Counted from the first letter of the stretch, positions 36,524 to 46,023 are shown. The stretch: 61,171 nt of DNA from a virus (IMGVR_UViG_3300032753_002656:1-61171), one strand, 5' to 3'. Numbers and translations are program-made. Notes: generated by a model from the letters alone, not told the origin.

Positions 36524-36725
36524 TGTTTGTGTGTTTTGTTTCTGCCCTTCCTGGTTCTAGGTAATCACAGAGCTGTGACATGTGTTCCTCAATTTTACTT
36601 GCTTTGTCTAACCAAGCTTTCATTACATTGGGGTCTATTGTTTTGATAGATTGAGCTGCCTGTGGTTTTTTTGATTCCTGTACCATAGTTAGATTTATGT
36701 AGTTCCTTGATCTGGTATTATACAA
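36489..36725 (-). CDS. Hypothetical protein
   Basis: Short ORF in gene run; start uncertain. Confidence 0.45.
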   Translation of the reverse strand: MYNTRSRNYINLTMVQESKKPQAAQSIKTIDPNVMKAWLDKASKIEEHMSQLCDYLEPGRAETKHTNNEVENRKVTKG

Positions 36726-36744
36726 ACAATTATGCCTATTATTT

Positions 36745-37083
36745 TCAATTTCCTAATTTATTAGCAGGCAAGCTCTGATCATTCTTGTCCAAATATTTTT
36801 TGGCAGTATCTAAAAGACAATCTACAGACTCTTCTTTTATAAGACCTATTCTATAAAATATCATGGCTTGGTATTCTAATGCTCCATAACAGGTCCTTTC
36901 TGTATTATGACAAATATGGGAACTTTGCCCAGTTCCTAGATATGCCTGTATTTCTGACATTCTTCCTGGGGATAGAATCAATTGTTTCCCGTCTGTTCGA
37001 AAGATGCAGGATTTACATTTTTTAGTATTACAATTCTCCCTTGCTAGGAAATTCCCCTTTTGTGGTTTTTTCTTTCTCATCAA
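36745..37083 (-). CDS. Cys/His metal-binding protein
   Basis: CKSCIFR..HICH..CYG. Confidence 0.6.
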   Translation of the reverse strand: MMRKKKPQKGNFLARENCNTKKCKSCIFRTDGKQLILSPGRMSEIQAYLGTGQSSHICHNTERTCYGALEYQAMIFYRIGLIKEESVDCLLDTAKKYLDKNDQSLPANKLGN

Positions 37084-37351
37084 TCAATATTTTTCGAGCC
37101 CGATATTTTTTATAACTTCCAAACCACAAATAAGCATTAAATAACCAAATTCCACAAAGTAATATTCCCATATTATAATATTCGTATACTGCTAGTAAGA
37201 GACACCATAATATTAATAATAAACACCAGAATGGTTTATTTTTCTGCGTTAGTAAACAAGCCGCAGTTACCATAAACATAAATATCAATGATTGGAATTG
37301 GTTCATATTAGTTTCATCTGTTTTAATTCGTTTGTTTGTATCCTTTCCCAA
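37028..37351 (-). CDS. Small membrane protein (3 TM)
   Basis: Hydrophobic segments; start likely the internal MNQF. Confidence 0.55.
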   Translation of the reverse strand: MGKDTNKRIKTDETNMNQFQSLIFMFMVTAACLLTQKNKPFWCLLLILWCLLLAVYEYYNMGILLCGIWLFNAYLWFGSYKKYRARKILIDEKEKTTKGEFPSKGEL

Positions 37352-37764
37352 AATTCATTCCACCAATCTATTTCACGATAGTTATCTTCTTTTGTATTAT
37401 AGGCAAAAACACCAGTTCTCCATTTACCATCTTTTAAGTGATAGATAGTAAAAACTGATTTATAGTGATCATCAATACCTTGTTCTGGCCCATTAAATCT
37501 ATCGAGCCCCCAAATAAATTCCACCGGTTTTTGTTCCTTACAAATTTTTATAACTGCATCCAAAGTTTCTGATGGTGTTAGTAAAAATGAAGCAATACTA
37601 ATCCCATCCGAATTTGCTGTTCTGAACATTCCAGGTGGTGGATGTATTCCTTCCTCGTCAATGGAAATTCTTAGAAATTCTAAAAATGTAGTTTCCAGCA
37701 TCTTCGTTTCTTCTTTGTTTTCTATAATATTTTCCATCTGTTTATTTTTACTTAATGAGCTCAA
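37303..37764 (-). CDS. Hypothetical protein
   Basis: About 144 aa from MENII; FIWGLDRF..WWNEFW. Confidence 0.6.
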   Translation of the reverse strand: MSSLSKNKQMENIIENKEETKMLETTFLEFLRISIDEEGIHPPPGMFRTANSDGISIASFLLTPSETLDAVIKICKEQKPVEFIWGLDRFNGPEQGIDDHYKSVFTIYHLKDGKWRTGVFAYNTKEDNYREIDWWNEFWERIQTNELKQMKLI

Positions 37765-37987
37765 AACGAGTTACCCCACAAACATAATCCCTACCATAAC
37801 TGTCTTCAATACATCCTCCTGATAAGAGAAGATGTCCATGAATAGATAATGTTAATGTATCTGGTTGTTTTAACTGATAATAGACCTTAATAGTATATTC
37901 GGTTTTTTTGGGTGTCCATAATAATAGAATAATCATTGCAGAAACCCAAACAAATATAACAATCGAAATTAATATTTTCTTACCCAC
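37748..37987 (-). CDS. Membrane-anchored small protein ending RFELIK
   Basis: N-terminal TM; GTG start after a promoter. Confidence 0.6.
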   Translation of the reverse strand: MGKKILISIVIFVWVSAMIILLLWTPKKTEYTIKVYYQLKQPDTLTLSIHGHLLLSGGCIEDSYGRDYVCGVTRFELIK

Positions 37988-38008
37988 AAGAACAATTATT
38001 TAATTATA

Positions 38009-38050
38009 CAAATATAATGAATTGTTTTTGAATAAAAAAATTTATTTCTG
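38009..38050 (-). promoter_or_regulatory. Bacteroidota-type promoter
   Basis: Sense TTTTTTTATTCAAAAACAATTCATTATATTTGTA. Confidence 0.75.
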
Positions 38051-38057
38051 CTATTTT

Positions 38058-38615
38058 TTAAAGGAATACTGGGGTTGGAAGTTTTGGGACGTGATGTGCT
38101 TCGTTTATTAGCTCTTTTATACATTCTGGCATTTTACCAACATCCTGAAGGGATCTCAGGGTTAATGGATTTTTTTCACCAAACGTATAATGATGCTCTC
38201 CATAAGAAGTAGGAGATGTAAATACTCTACCCTGGCACAAAATATCAAAGGAGATGCCATTATTATTATTGCGATAGGTATTTTTCTTAAATGTCTCGTT
38301 TTGAAAATAAAGATGTAATCCGCCATTCATGGTAGTTTCATAAAGGAAATCCGAAATGTCCAGGCCATTAGATTTTAAGAATTTAATAAATAATGGAACA
38401 GATTGATCAGTATTTGCTATATCTAAACAAAATAGATTACTCTCCGAAATAAAAAGAGCCAAACAATTATAGTCGGGGTCTTTACCTTCTAATATGTCTT
38501 CGTCCATATCTTCAACTTTCGAAGCAAACTTAAGCCCACTATTAATCTGATGGAGATACATTCCAATAACGGGAATACCCAAAGAATTCCATTTTTTTGC
38601 AAGTGTTAAGTTCAT
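38058..38615 (-). CDS. Stand-alone bifunctional primase-polymerase (Prim-Pol) N-terminal domain
   Basis: LFCLDI..YETTMNGGLHLYF..FDIL..VFTSPT..Y; start at ATG 38615 after GATATATA. Confidence 0.65.
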   Translation of the reverse strand: MNLTLAKKWNSLGIPVIGMYLHQINSGLKFASKVEDMDEDILEGKDPDYNCLALFISESNLFCLDIANTDQSVPLFIKFLKSNGLDISDFLYETTMNGGLHLYFQNETFKKNTYRNNNNGISFDILCQGRVFTSPTSYGEHHYTFGEKNPLTLRSLQDVGKMPECIKELINEAHHVPKLPTPVFL

Positions 38616-38626
38616 GATAGTATCTC

Positions 38627-38664
38627 TATATATCAATTATGGAAATAAAAATATTAGATATATA
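38627..38664. promoter_or_regulatory. Back-to-back GATATATA motifs for divergent genes
   Basis: tatatatc 38627-38634 (minus) and gatatata 38657-38664 (plus). Confidence 0.5.
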
Positions 38665-38668
38665 AATC

Positions 38669-39361
38669 ATGGAGAAACTAAAGAAGTTTGCGGAGTTTAT
38701 AAATGAATCCATGTTTAATATTAAGGATGAGGATTTTGAAAAAAGTGCCTCCACCATGGCAGGATTACTACAAAAATACAAAAATGTTAAAGAACTACCA
38801 AAAGGTTCAAAAAAAGGGCCCGAAGTTTCTAGCTGGTTAAGAGTTGCGGGTGCTCAACCTGGTAATAATTGGTGTATGGCGTTTGTGTATGGAATTTTTG
38901 ATGAATTGGCAGGTCATTTAGGAATAACTAATCCATTACCAAAAACAGCAGGAGTTATGGATCATTGGGATAAAGCAGATCCTTCCATAAAGATTAACGT
39001 CAGCGACACAAAAACAAATCCGGACCTACTGAAGCCAGGTATGATCTTTATTATGCACAGGGCGAAGGCTCATGGACAAAAAAATCTGGGTCATACAGGT
39101 ATAGTTATATCTGTAGACCCAGTTAAAAAGTCTTTTGTATCAATAGAGGGAAATACCAATGATATGGCATCAGGCCAGGGTGGTAGAGTAGGAATCAATA
39201 CAAGAAGACTCGATGATCCCCTATTAATTGGATTTGTAGATTACTTTAAATCTTCTAGAGGACCTGAATTTGAAGAAGCCTTAAACAGGGAATTTACAAA
39301 CGCACTTGGCGATGATATCGAAAGACTCAAGTATAAAAATCCAATAACCCATTCAAGCTAA
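38669..39361 (+). CDS. CHAP/NlpC-like peptidoglycan hydrolase with capsid-targeting-like N-terminus
   Basis: MEKLKKFAEFINE; WCMAFV..GHTGIV..SIEGNT Cys-His dyad. Confidence 0.8.
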   Translation: MEKLKKFAEFINESMFNIKDEDFEKSASTMAGLLQKYKNVKELPKGSKKGPEVSSWLRVAGAQPGNNWCMAFVYGIFDELAGHLGITNPLPKTAGVMDHWDKADPSIKINVSDTKTNPDLLKPGMIFIMHRAKAHGQKNLGHTGIVISVDPVKKSFVSIEGNTNDMASGQGGRVGINTRRLDDPLLIGFVDYFKSSRGPEFEEALNREFTNALGDDIERLKYKNPITHSS

Positions 39362-39528
39362 CCCCTTATTGGACCTGCAACCCTTCTTCCTGTAATTGAT
39401 TGACTCTCGAGAAAAGAAATCCTTTTCTCGAGAGTTTTAATATATTGTAAAAGTGCAACAAATCCTTCTTGAGAATGGTCAGGGTCCTCGATCATTCCTA
39501 ATATGTCTTTTTCTAATTGCTTATCCAT
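39358..39528 (-). CDS. Small hypothetical protein (56 aa, below the track cut-off)
   Basis: TAATG-coupled to the VWA gene: MDKQLEKDILGMIEDP...VAGPIRG*. Confidence 0.5.
   Translation of the reverse strand: MDKQLEKDILGMIEDPDHSQEGFVALLQYIKTLEKRISFLESQSITGRRVAGPIRG
39403..39434 (+). terminator. Hairpin, candidate terminator of the CHAP gene
   Basis: actctcgagaaaag-aaatc-cttttctcgagagt followed by T residues. Confidence 0.55.
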
Positions 39529-40919
39529 TATTGGAATTCTGTTTTTACAACACTATTAATAATATAACTAGTTTTCTTAACCATTTCTGGCCCTAAGGAG
39601 TTAACTATACAATTATAGTCATAAAGATGTCGGGTATCATGATATATTCCAACCCCTATAGTTACAAAACCATCTCTTCTACATTTTTCTACTATTCTTT
39701 TTAAGTTATCTACATCCCTTTTACTGCCATAAGAATTTCCACAAGGCTCTCCGTCAGAAAGAACTATAAAAATAATGTTATCCTCTGTGTATTCACGAAC
39801 CTTCTCATAAATAGCTTCAATAACAGGTCCATCATAATTTTCACTCTTAGCCCTCATTGTTTCAATAGAATCATTGAAATTGTCATGATATGGATCCTTA
39901 TAGACATAGATCACTGGATGGTATCCACCGCTATGGCCGTAAACACTTAACTTATTTTTAGGTAAAATTTCGCTGAAAGCCAAATACATAGTTTTCACAA
40001 CATCAATTGCACATTTCATTTTTCCTCCCATACTACCAGATTCATCAACAAGTATAACTACACTGAAAGGCTTTGTTGTTTGATTTGGTTCAACCTTATA
40101 ATAAATATTAAGGTTCCCTGCAATAACTTCTCCGACCTTCCGTTGGTCAAATTTACCAGCTCTTAATGAATTTAAACGGTCTATACTAGGATCGAAATTA
40201 ATATCTAATAATTGAACTAATGTTTTTGCATTCCTTTCTTGTTCTGCTGTAAATGGTTTTATTGAAGGGGATCCCTTAGGATATTGCCAGGTAGTATTTC
40301 TTTTTAATTCCCCACTAATATTAGGTGCTTGTGGCTTTTCTCTTTTTTTAGTTTCTCCTAAAGTACCAGATAGAATTTTTTCTATTCTCCTCGTTAATTG
40401 TTCAGCAGTCTCTTTTTTAGGTTTAGATTTTTTACTATCCTTATCATTTTTATCCTCTCCCTCTTTTGGATCAGAATCACCCTCCCCATCACTACTTGTT
40501 GATTCCTCCTCTGGAGGGGGAATCTTAACCATTATATCAGTAGTTAAAATTGTTTCGGTGTAATGTAGGAATAAGGATCTATATTCTTTTTCCTGTCTAA
40601 TCAAGGTTTCCAAAACTGCTCTCTGTGAATCCTTGTTACAAACAGCAAATTTATCATCGCTAAATCCCCAAAAGCCTTTTCTTGTAACAATTTTTGGATC
40701 TTGTGAAAGAGCTTCTATTAATCCATATTCCTTCGATTTAACAAGAAAGATATCTATAAGCTTAGAACCTGTGTAATAACTCAGGTCCTTATGCTTATGG
40801 ATATCATATTCTACATCCATCCCAGTATGAACGTCTGGATGGTCTATAATTAAACCCTTATATCCTCCATAGAAGGATGACTCCCATTTCGTGGAGCTAA
40901 AAATATTATCTTTCCTCAT
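39528..40919 (-). CDS. VWA-domain protein (CobT/NorD-like), copy 2
   Basis: MIDAS DESGSM..NYDG..LSDGEP; GKFDQRKV; acidic linker. Confidence 0.85.
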   Translation of the reverse strand: MRKDNIFSSTKWESSFYGGYKGLIIDHPDVHTGMDVEYDIHKHKDLSYYTGSKLIDIFLVKSKEYGLIEALSQDPKIVTRKGFWGFSDDKFAVCNKDSQRAVLETLIRQEKEYRSLFLHYTETILTTDIMVKIPPPEEESTSSDGEGDSDPKEGEDKNDKDSKKSKPKKETAEQLTRRIEKILSGTLGETKKREKPQAPNISGELKRNTTWQYPKGSPSIKPFTAEQERNAKTLVQLLDINFDPSIDRLNSLRAGKFDQRKVGEVIAGNLNIYYKVEPNQTTKPFSVVILVDESGSMGGKMKCAIDVVKTMYLAFSEILPKNKLSVYGHSGGYHPVIYVYKDPYHDNFNDSIETMRAKSENYDGPVIEAIYEKVREYTEDNIIFIVLSDGEPCGNSYGSKRDVDNLKRIVEKCRRDGFVTIGVGIYHDTRHLYDYNCIVNSLGPEMVKKTSYIINSVVKTEFQ

Positions 40920-40937
40920 CTTATTGGGTTTAATTAA

Positions 40938-42110
40938 TTAAGCATCTTCGTCATCTTCATCATCTCCATAATCTTCATCATCTCCATAATCTTCATCAGG
41001 TTCAGGTATAGGAGAAATAACAGGGATAGATTTAGCACCCTTTGTAGATAAAATGGATTCAATAGATTTTAATCCTTCCTTCGAAGCTAATCCCTTACAT
41101 AAAGTGTAATATCCATCATAGATGGTAAATCCATCCTGTACAAGGGATGTAATAAGCTTCAAGTGACGGAAGCTTAATCCAAAGCTAATAGTAAATTCTT
41201 CGTTAGCTTTGTTGATTTTTTCATAGATGTCAACTATTACAGTAATATCAGTGAAAGCTACCCTTGGGTAAATGTATTTAAGGATCTTTTCAATTTGATT
41301 CTTTTTTAAAGAATCCATTTCCAATAGCATAAATCTATCCAAAAGAGCTCTATCAATTTTAGACGTGCCTGAATATTGGCTACCAATATTTGCGGTGGCA
41401 AAAAATACACAATTTGGATGAATAGCAATTGGGGCCGAATCATTGAATGCATATTCCATATTAAGCTCTCTTCTAAAATCTAAACATGGAAAGAGTAAGT
41501 TATTAGCTTGTAGGGATGCCCGGCTTAGCTCGTCCAATAAAACAATACCCGGTTTTTGTATTACTTCAGAAAATCTAGACTTAATGAATTTAGAAACTGT
41601 AACACCATCCTGGACTTGGATAGTATTCGTTCCAACTAAACCCATAATTGGATCTGTCATAGTACCCATGTCAAAAATTGTTAATGGAATCCCCAAATGT
41701 TTAGCCATATGGTAAACTAATTCGGTTTTACCAAATCCAGTTGGTCCTAATAGGAGTGTATTTTCCTTTTTAAGAATGTTCCTCCTTAGAATTTGATAAG
41801 TACCTTTATGGATTTTAAAAAATCCATCCAAAGTAATAAATCCATCAGTATCTGCAGTTGGGGTTTTTTCTCTTCCAACTAAGACCTCCGCTTTTTTTCG
41901 TTTAGTCGTCTTAGTTTTACTAACTGCTGGTGCGGGAATGCTATTCAGATCACGGTCAACCCAGGCAACAACTGATTTTGGAGTAGGAGTACCCTTTTTT
42001 GCAGAGGGGGGAGCTACTTTTTTTACAGTTGTTGGTGCTGGAGCAGCCTTCTTGGTAGCGGGTACCGTCTTGACGGATTCCGCCCGTCTTGTTTTAATTA
42101 ATCTTGGCAT
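40938..42110 (-). CDS. MoxR/CbbQ/CobS-type AAA+ ATPase, copy 2
   Basis: GPTGFGKT, LLDELSR, FATAN, DRALLDRF, SFR; Lys/Pro/Ala-rich N-tail, acidic C-tail. Confidence 0.9.
   Translation of the reverse strand: MPRLIKTRRAESVKTVPATKKAAPAPTTVKKVAPPSAKKGTPTPKSVVAWVDRDLNSIPAPAVSKTKTTKRKKAEVLVGREKTPTADTDGFITLDGFFKIHKGTYQILRRNILKKENTLLLGPTGFGKTELVYHMAKHLGIPLTIFDMGTMTDPIMGLVGTNTIQVQDGVTVSKFIKSRFSEVIQKPGIVLLDELSRASLQANNLLFPCLDFRRELNMEYAFNDSAPIAIHPNCVFFATANIGSQYSGTSKIDRALLDRFMLLEMDSLKKNQIEKILKYIYPRVAFTDITVIVDIYEKINKANEEFTISFGLSFRHLKLITSLVQDGFTIYDGYYTLCKGLASKEGLKSIESILSTKGAKSIPVISPIPEPDEDYGDDEDYGDDEDDEDA
40953..40998. repeat. 18-bp tandem repeat (about 2.5 copies) encoding DEDYGD
   Basis: atcttcatcatctccata repeated. 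Confidence 0.85.
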
Positions 42111-42137
42111 AGATAAGTTTATTTAAATGTTAACTTT

Positions 42138-43808
42138 TTATTGGAATTCTGTTTTGACAACCTTGTTGATAATATGGCTAGTTTTTTTAATCATCTCATC
42201 ACCAAGACTTTTAATTACACAGGAGTAATTATATAGATCAGGATCGTTGAAATGTAATATACCCAAACCAACTGTTACAAATCCATCTCTTCTGCATTTT
42301 TCTAAGACTTTTTTCATTGCAGATACAGCCTCTTCTCCACCATAACCGCTGCCACAAGGCTGCCCATCAGATAGAGTAATGAAGATAATATTATCATCAG
42401 TCATTCCCCTAACCTTATCATAAACTGCTTCTATAGCTGGCCCATCATAGTTAGAGTCACGGGCATCAATACTTTCGATCCTTTCTTCAAATCGTTGATT
42501 GTATTTGTCTTGATAAACAAATACTTCAGGTATTTCGTCGCCGCTGTGTCCGTAGACGTAAATTTTATCCTGTGGAAGTATTTCGGAGAAGGCTAGGTAT
42601 AGGGTTTTTAGAATGCTCTTACTATAATCTATTTTATAGTGCTCGCTCATACTACCTGACTCATCTTGTAGTATTACAACACTAAATGGCTTAGTTGTTT
42701 GGTTCTCTTCGTGTGTATAATACACATTCATATTACCAGGAATAACTTCAGCCACCTTTCGGGGATCTAATTTGCCCATTCTTAGTGAATTAATTCTATC
42801 AGTCGCAGGATCAAAGTTGATGTCTAAGAGTTTTACAAGCCTATTAGCAAAAGCATACTCATTATCGCTAAACTTGCATTTTACTCGATCCCTCGGATGT
42901 ATGAATTTGGTATTTTTAACTAAATTACCGTTCAGATGATGACTAACGATTTCTCTTTTCTTGATATCCCCTAAGAAAGCTCTAAGATCTCCACGGGCCC
43001 TTTTAATTTCTTCGGTCCTATTAGAAATCTTATTATTTAACTTCCCCTCCATACGTTCAGGATTTCTAGTACCATCATCCTCCGCTTCACCCTCGGTTTC
43101 TTCTCCATCTTCGTCACCATCCTCATCTCCGGAACCCCCCGAACCTTGGCTCTCCTCCTTTTCTTTCTCTTCTTTGTCATTTTCACCAGAACCGCCAGAA
43201 CTATTTTCTGTCTGCTCCTCTCCTTCCTCATTGCCCTTCTCCTTTTTCTGTTTACCAGATTCACCCTTTTCACTTTGTTCGTCATCATTCTTCTCTCCCT
43301 CTTGTTCTCCAGTACCAGATCCCATTGGGGGTGGTTTAGGAGAACTCGGGGGAGGAAGAGGAATACTGATTTCTGCAGTTTTTATTACTTTAGCATAGTT
43401 GATAAAAAGAGCTTTATGTTCAGGTGATAATTCACAAATTTCGTCAAAGACTTGCTCTAAGGATTTTTTTGTTACCATCAATACCTCTTTCTTCATCCAA
43501 AAAGAAGATATTTCCGTAACTTGAGCATTATTTGCTAATCTATCAAAAAAATTAAACTCCTTTACTTTTAGAAGAAAAATCTTCATTAGCTTATCCCCGG
43601 TCCACCAGCTTAAACCCATGGAATCTTTTACTTTTACGTCCAACTGATACGATACCTGAACTTCCGGATGATCGGTAATCAAATTATAGTAGCCCCCATA
43701 ATAGGAGGTTTCCCACTTGGAGCTACTATAATAATTTGGTGTAGTTGGCGCATAGAACTTTTTAACTTTGTTTGGCTCATAGAACCTTTTAACTTTGTTT
43801 TTGTCCAT
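42138..43808 (-). CDS. VWA-domain protein (CobT/NorD-like), copy 1
   Basis: DESGSM..NYDG..LSDGQP; long Glu/Gly/Asp linker. Confidence 0.85.
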   Translation of the reverse strand: MDKNKVKRFYEPNKVKKFYAPTTPNYYSSSKWETSYYGGYYNLITDHPEVQVSYQLDVKVKDSMGLSWWTGDKLMKIFLLKVKEFNFFDRLANNAQVTEISSFWMKKEVLMVTKKSLEQVFDEICELSPEHKALFINYAKVIKTAEISIPLPPPSSPKPPPMGSGTGEQEGEKNDDEQSEKGESGKQKKEKGNEEGEEQTENSSGGSGENDKEEKEKEESQGSGGSGDEDGDEDGEETEGEAEDDGTRNPERMEGKLNNKISNRTEEIKRARGDLRAFLGDIKKREIVSHHLNGNLVKNTKFIHPRDRVKCKFSDNEYAFANRLVKLLDINFDPATDRINSLRMGKLDPRKVAEVIPGNMNVYYTHEENQTTKPFSVVILQDESGSMSEHYKIDYSKSILKTLYLAFSEILPQDKIYVYGHSGDEIPEVFVYQDKYNQRFEERIESIDARDSNYDGPAIEAVYDKVRGMTDDNIIFITLSDGQPCGSGYGGEEAVSAMKKVLEKCRRDGFVTVGLGILHFNDPDLYNYSCVIKSLGDEMIKKTSHIINKVVKTEFQ

Positions 43809-43811
43809 AAA

Positions 43812-44819
43812 TTATTTTTTGTGTGAGGAAAGAATTGAGTCTATTGATTTTAGGCCTTCTTTACCTGCTAGTCCCTTACACAAGGTGTAATAAGAATCAT
43901 AGATAGTAAATCCGTCCTGCACAAAAGAAGCTACTTCCCTTAAATGACGGAATGAAAGACCGAAGCTAATTGTGAAATCCTCATTAGCCTTGTTGATTTT
44001 TTCGTAAATAGAAACCATTGTGGAAATATCATCATCACTAACTGAAGGGTAAGTGTATTTGATAACTTCTTTTATCTGACCTGTTGCTAATGTATCCATT
44101 TCAATAAGGATAAAGCGATCAAGTAATGCACGGTCCATTTTATTTGTACCTGAATACTGACTACCTATATTAGCTGTTGCAAATATTACACATTCAGGAT
44201 GAAGCTTAATAGGTTCTGAATCATTGAATGCGTATTCCATGCTTAATTCACGCCTGAAGTCTAAGCATGGAAAAAGCAAGTTGTTAGCTTGTAGGGATGC
44301 ACGGCTTAGCTCGTCCAAAAGAATAATACCAGGCCTTTGTATAGCAGAAGAGAAACGGGATTTAATAAATTTAGAAACAGTAACACCATCTTCAACTTGA
44401 ATAGTATTAGTTCCTACAAGGCCCATAATCGGATCTGTCATAGTACCCATGTCAAAAATTGTTATAGGAACCCCCAAGTGCTCTGCCATATTGTGGACAA
44501 GCTCTGTTTTACCATAGCCAGTAGGCCCAAGGATTAACGTGTTCTTTTTCTTTTCTATGTTCCTACGAAGGATTTTATATGTCCCTTCATGGACCTTAAA
44601 AAATCCGTTCAAGGTAACAAATCCATTAGCATCTTTTCTTGGAACAGGAATTGTTTTTGCTTCTTTAACTGATGCTACTACGGATGCTACTGCAGCAGCC
44701 TTTGCAGTGGAGTCTTTTGCTCCCTCCGTTATTTGGAGATCCGCATCAATAAACATTTCCTCTTTGGATTTTACCGTGATACTTCCCGGTGACATTGGTG
44801 TTGCTGGTGTTGTTGACAT
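43812..44819 (-). CDS. MoxR/CbbQ/CobS-type AAA+ ATPase, copy 1
   Basis: GPTGYGKT, LLDELSR, FATAN, DRALLDRF. Confidence 0.9.
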   Translation of the reverse strand: MSTTPATPMSPGSITVKSKEEMFIDADLQITEGAKDSTAKAAAVASVVASVKEAKTIPVPRKDANGFVTLNGFFKVHEGTYKILRRNIEKKKNTLILGPTGYGKTELVHNMAEHLGVPITIFDMGTMTDPIMGLVGTNTIQVEDGVTVSKFIKSRFSSAIQRPGIILLDELSRASLQANNLLFPCLDFRRELSMEYAFNDSEPIKLHPECVIFATANIGSQYSGTNKMDRALLDRFILIEMDTLATGQIKEVIKYTYPSVSDDDISTMVSIYEKINKANEDFTISFGLSFRHLREVASFVQDGFTIYDSYYTLCKGLAGKEGLKSIDSILSSHKK

Positions 44820-44861
44820 TGTTAATTTGTTTTGTTTGTTTATAAAAAATGAATTTGTTTG

Positions 44862-45179
44862 TTATTTCGAATCTATGATGTCCTGTGCTTCTGCTATAAG
44901 CTGGTTTTGTTCCATATACCGACGCAGTTGAACTAATTTTGCTTGTAATATCCAGCAATCTTCCTTGAGCTGCTCTGTTTCCCTTTCTTTATGTTGCTCT
45001 TTCTGAGCCTTTTTCATAGCTCTCTCCCTTTTGAATTCCTCTGGCGCTTTTTCAAGAACCATAGTTTCCATGAGCTCAGCTATGAGTTCTGCTGCTTGCC
45101 CCTGATGTGGCAATCCTTCAAGTCCTTTGATAAGCATATCAAAGTCTTCTTTCGTAAACTTAATGTCTTTTAGATCCAT
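44862..45179 (-). CDS. Hypothetical coiled-coil protein
   Basis: 105 aa, helical and charged. Confidence 0.6.
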   Translation of the reverse strand: MDLKDIKFTKEDFDMLIKGLEGLPHQGQAAELIAELMETMVLEKAPEEFKRERAMKKAQKEQHKERETEQLKEDCWILQAKLVQLRRYMEQNQLIAEAQDIIDSK

Positions 45180-45187
45180 ATTGTTTG

Positions 45188-45373
45188 TTATTTAATTGTT
45201 TCAAATTTTGGGGTTTGTCCATTGTCATAAATAATGGTCATATAAAAATTACTTCCGGTGTATAAAAATTTTGCATCTATTACCACAAAAGTGGGATTTT
45301 TATCTTGCCATTCATCAACCTCTTTTTGTAGATCGTACATATCATGTCCCCTCAATAATTTTATCCTTTTCAT
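45188..45373 (-). CDS. Small protein (DUF2758/Cse60-like pattern) with FxxIK tail
   Basis: MKRIKLL..LQKEVDEWQDKNP..TIIYD; ends PKFETIK*. Confidence 0.7.
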   Translation of the reverse strand: MKRIKLLRGHDMYDLQKEVDEWQDKNPTFVVIDAKFLYTGSNFYMTIIYDNGQTPKFETIK

Positions 45374-45376
45374 CTA

Positions 45377-45571
45377 TTATTTTATTTGGCTAAAACTAGG
45401 AAGTGTACCGTCATCATAAACTATAGTTGTTACGATATCCTCGATACCCTTGTTACTGGTAGAAGAATTTGCAGAGAGTACTTCAAATGTTGGATTTTCC
45501 TCCTGCCATTTAGCTATATCTTTTTCTATATAATACGCAAGATTCCCCGAAAACAATTTTACCCGTTTCAT
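45377..45571 (-). CDS. Small protein (same family) with FxxIK tail
   Basis: MKRVKLF..IEKDIAKWQEENP..TIVYD; ends PSFSQIK*. Confidence 0.7.
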   Translation of the reverse strand: MKRVKLFSGNLAYYIEKDIAKWQEENPTFEVLSANSSTSNKGIEDIVTTIVYDDGTLPSFSQIK

Positions 45572-45576
45572 ATTAA

Positions 45577-45801
45577 CTATTTAATTGTTCCGAAAGGTGG
45601 AGCTTCTATAGTGTAGACTACACTTAATAACGCTTCCTCTTTGGTAAGTGCTATTGAAGTGTTTTCAATAACAAAGGAAGGATTCTCTCTACACCACTTA
45701 TCCAACCTCTCCTGTATATCTTCTCGAACATTATAGATGCCTGGTTTTTTATTAGCACCACGGTCGTACATGTCCGATGCAAAAAGAATTACCTTCCTCA
45801 T
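45577..45801 (-). CDS. Small protein (same family) with FxxIK tail
   Basis: MRKVILF..IQERLDKWCRENP..SVVY; ends PPFGTIK*; start moved to ATG 45801. Confidence 0.7.
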   Translation of the reverse strand: MRKVILFASDMYDRGANKKPGIYNVREDIQERLDKWCRENPSFVIENTSIALTKEEALLSVVYTIEAPPFGTIK

Positions 45802-45825
45802 TAGTTTAGTCTTTTCATATAATGA

Positions 45826-46023
45826 CAATATCTACATTCAACTAGAAATAAAATTTCGCTTAAAGCAAAAGGCCATATCAAAAGTCCAGAAGAAAGATCT
45901 AAAAGATCTAAATCCTTAAAAGGTCGTATTCCGTGGAATAAAGGAATAAAAAATTATAAAAATCTTACACAAATCGAGAAGATTTTACTTAAAAATTCCC
46001 ATATTCAACCTGAAAAACCTTAA
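45826..46023 (+). pseudogene. Remnant of a NUMOD3 homing-endonuclease gene
   Basis: Startless frame QYLHSTRNKISLKAKGHIKSPEERSKRSKSLKGRIPWNKGIK... Confidence 0.65.

Noticed and set aside
43750-43808. Short duplication NKVKRFYEP/NKVKKFYAP at the VWA N-terminus
   Set aside because: A local two-copy duplication in a probably disordered tail, with no further support for function.
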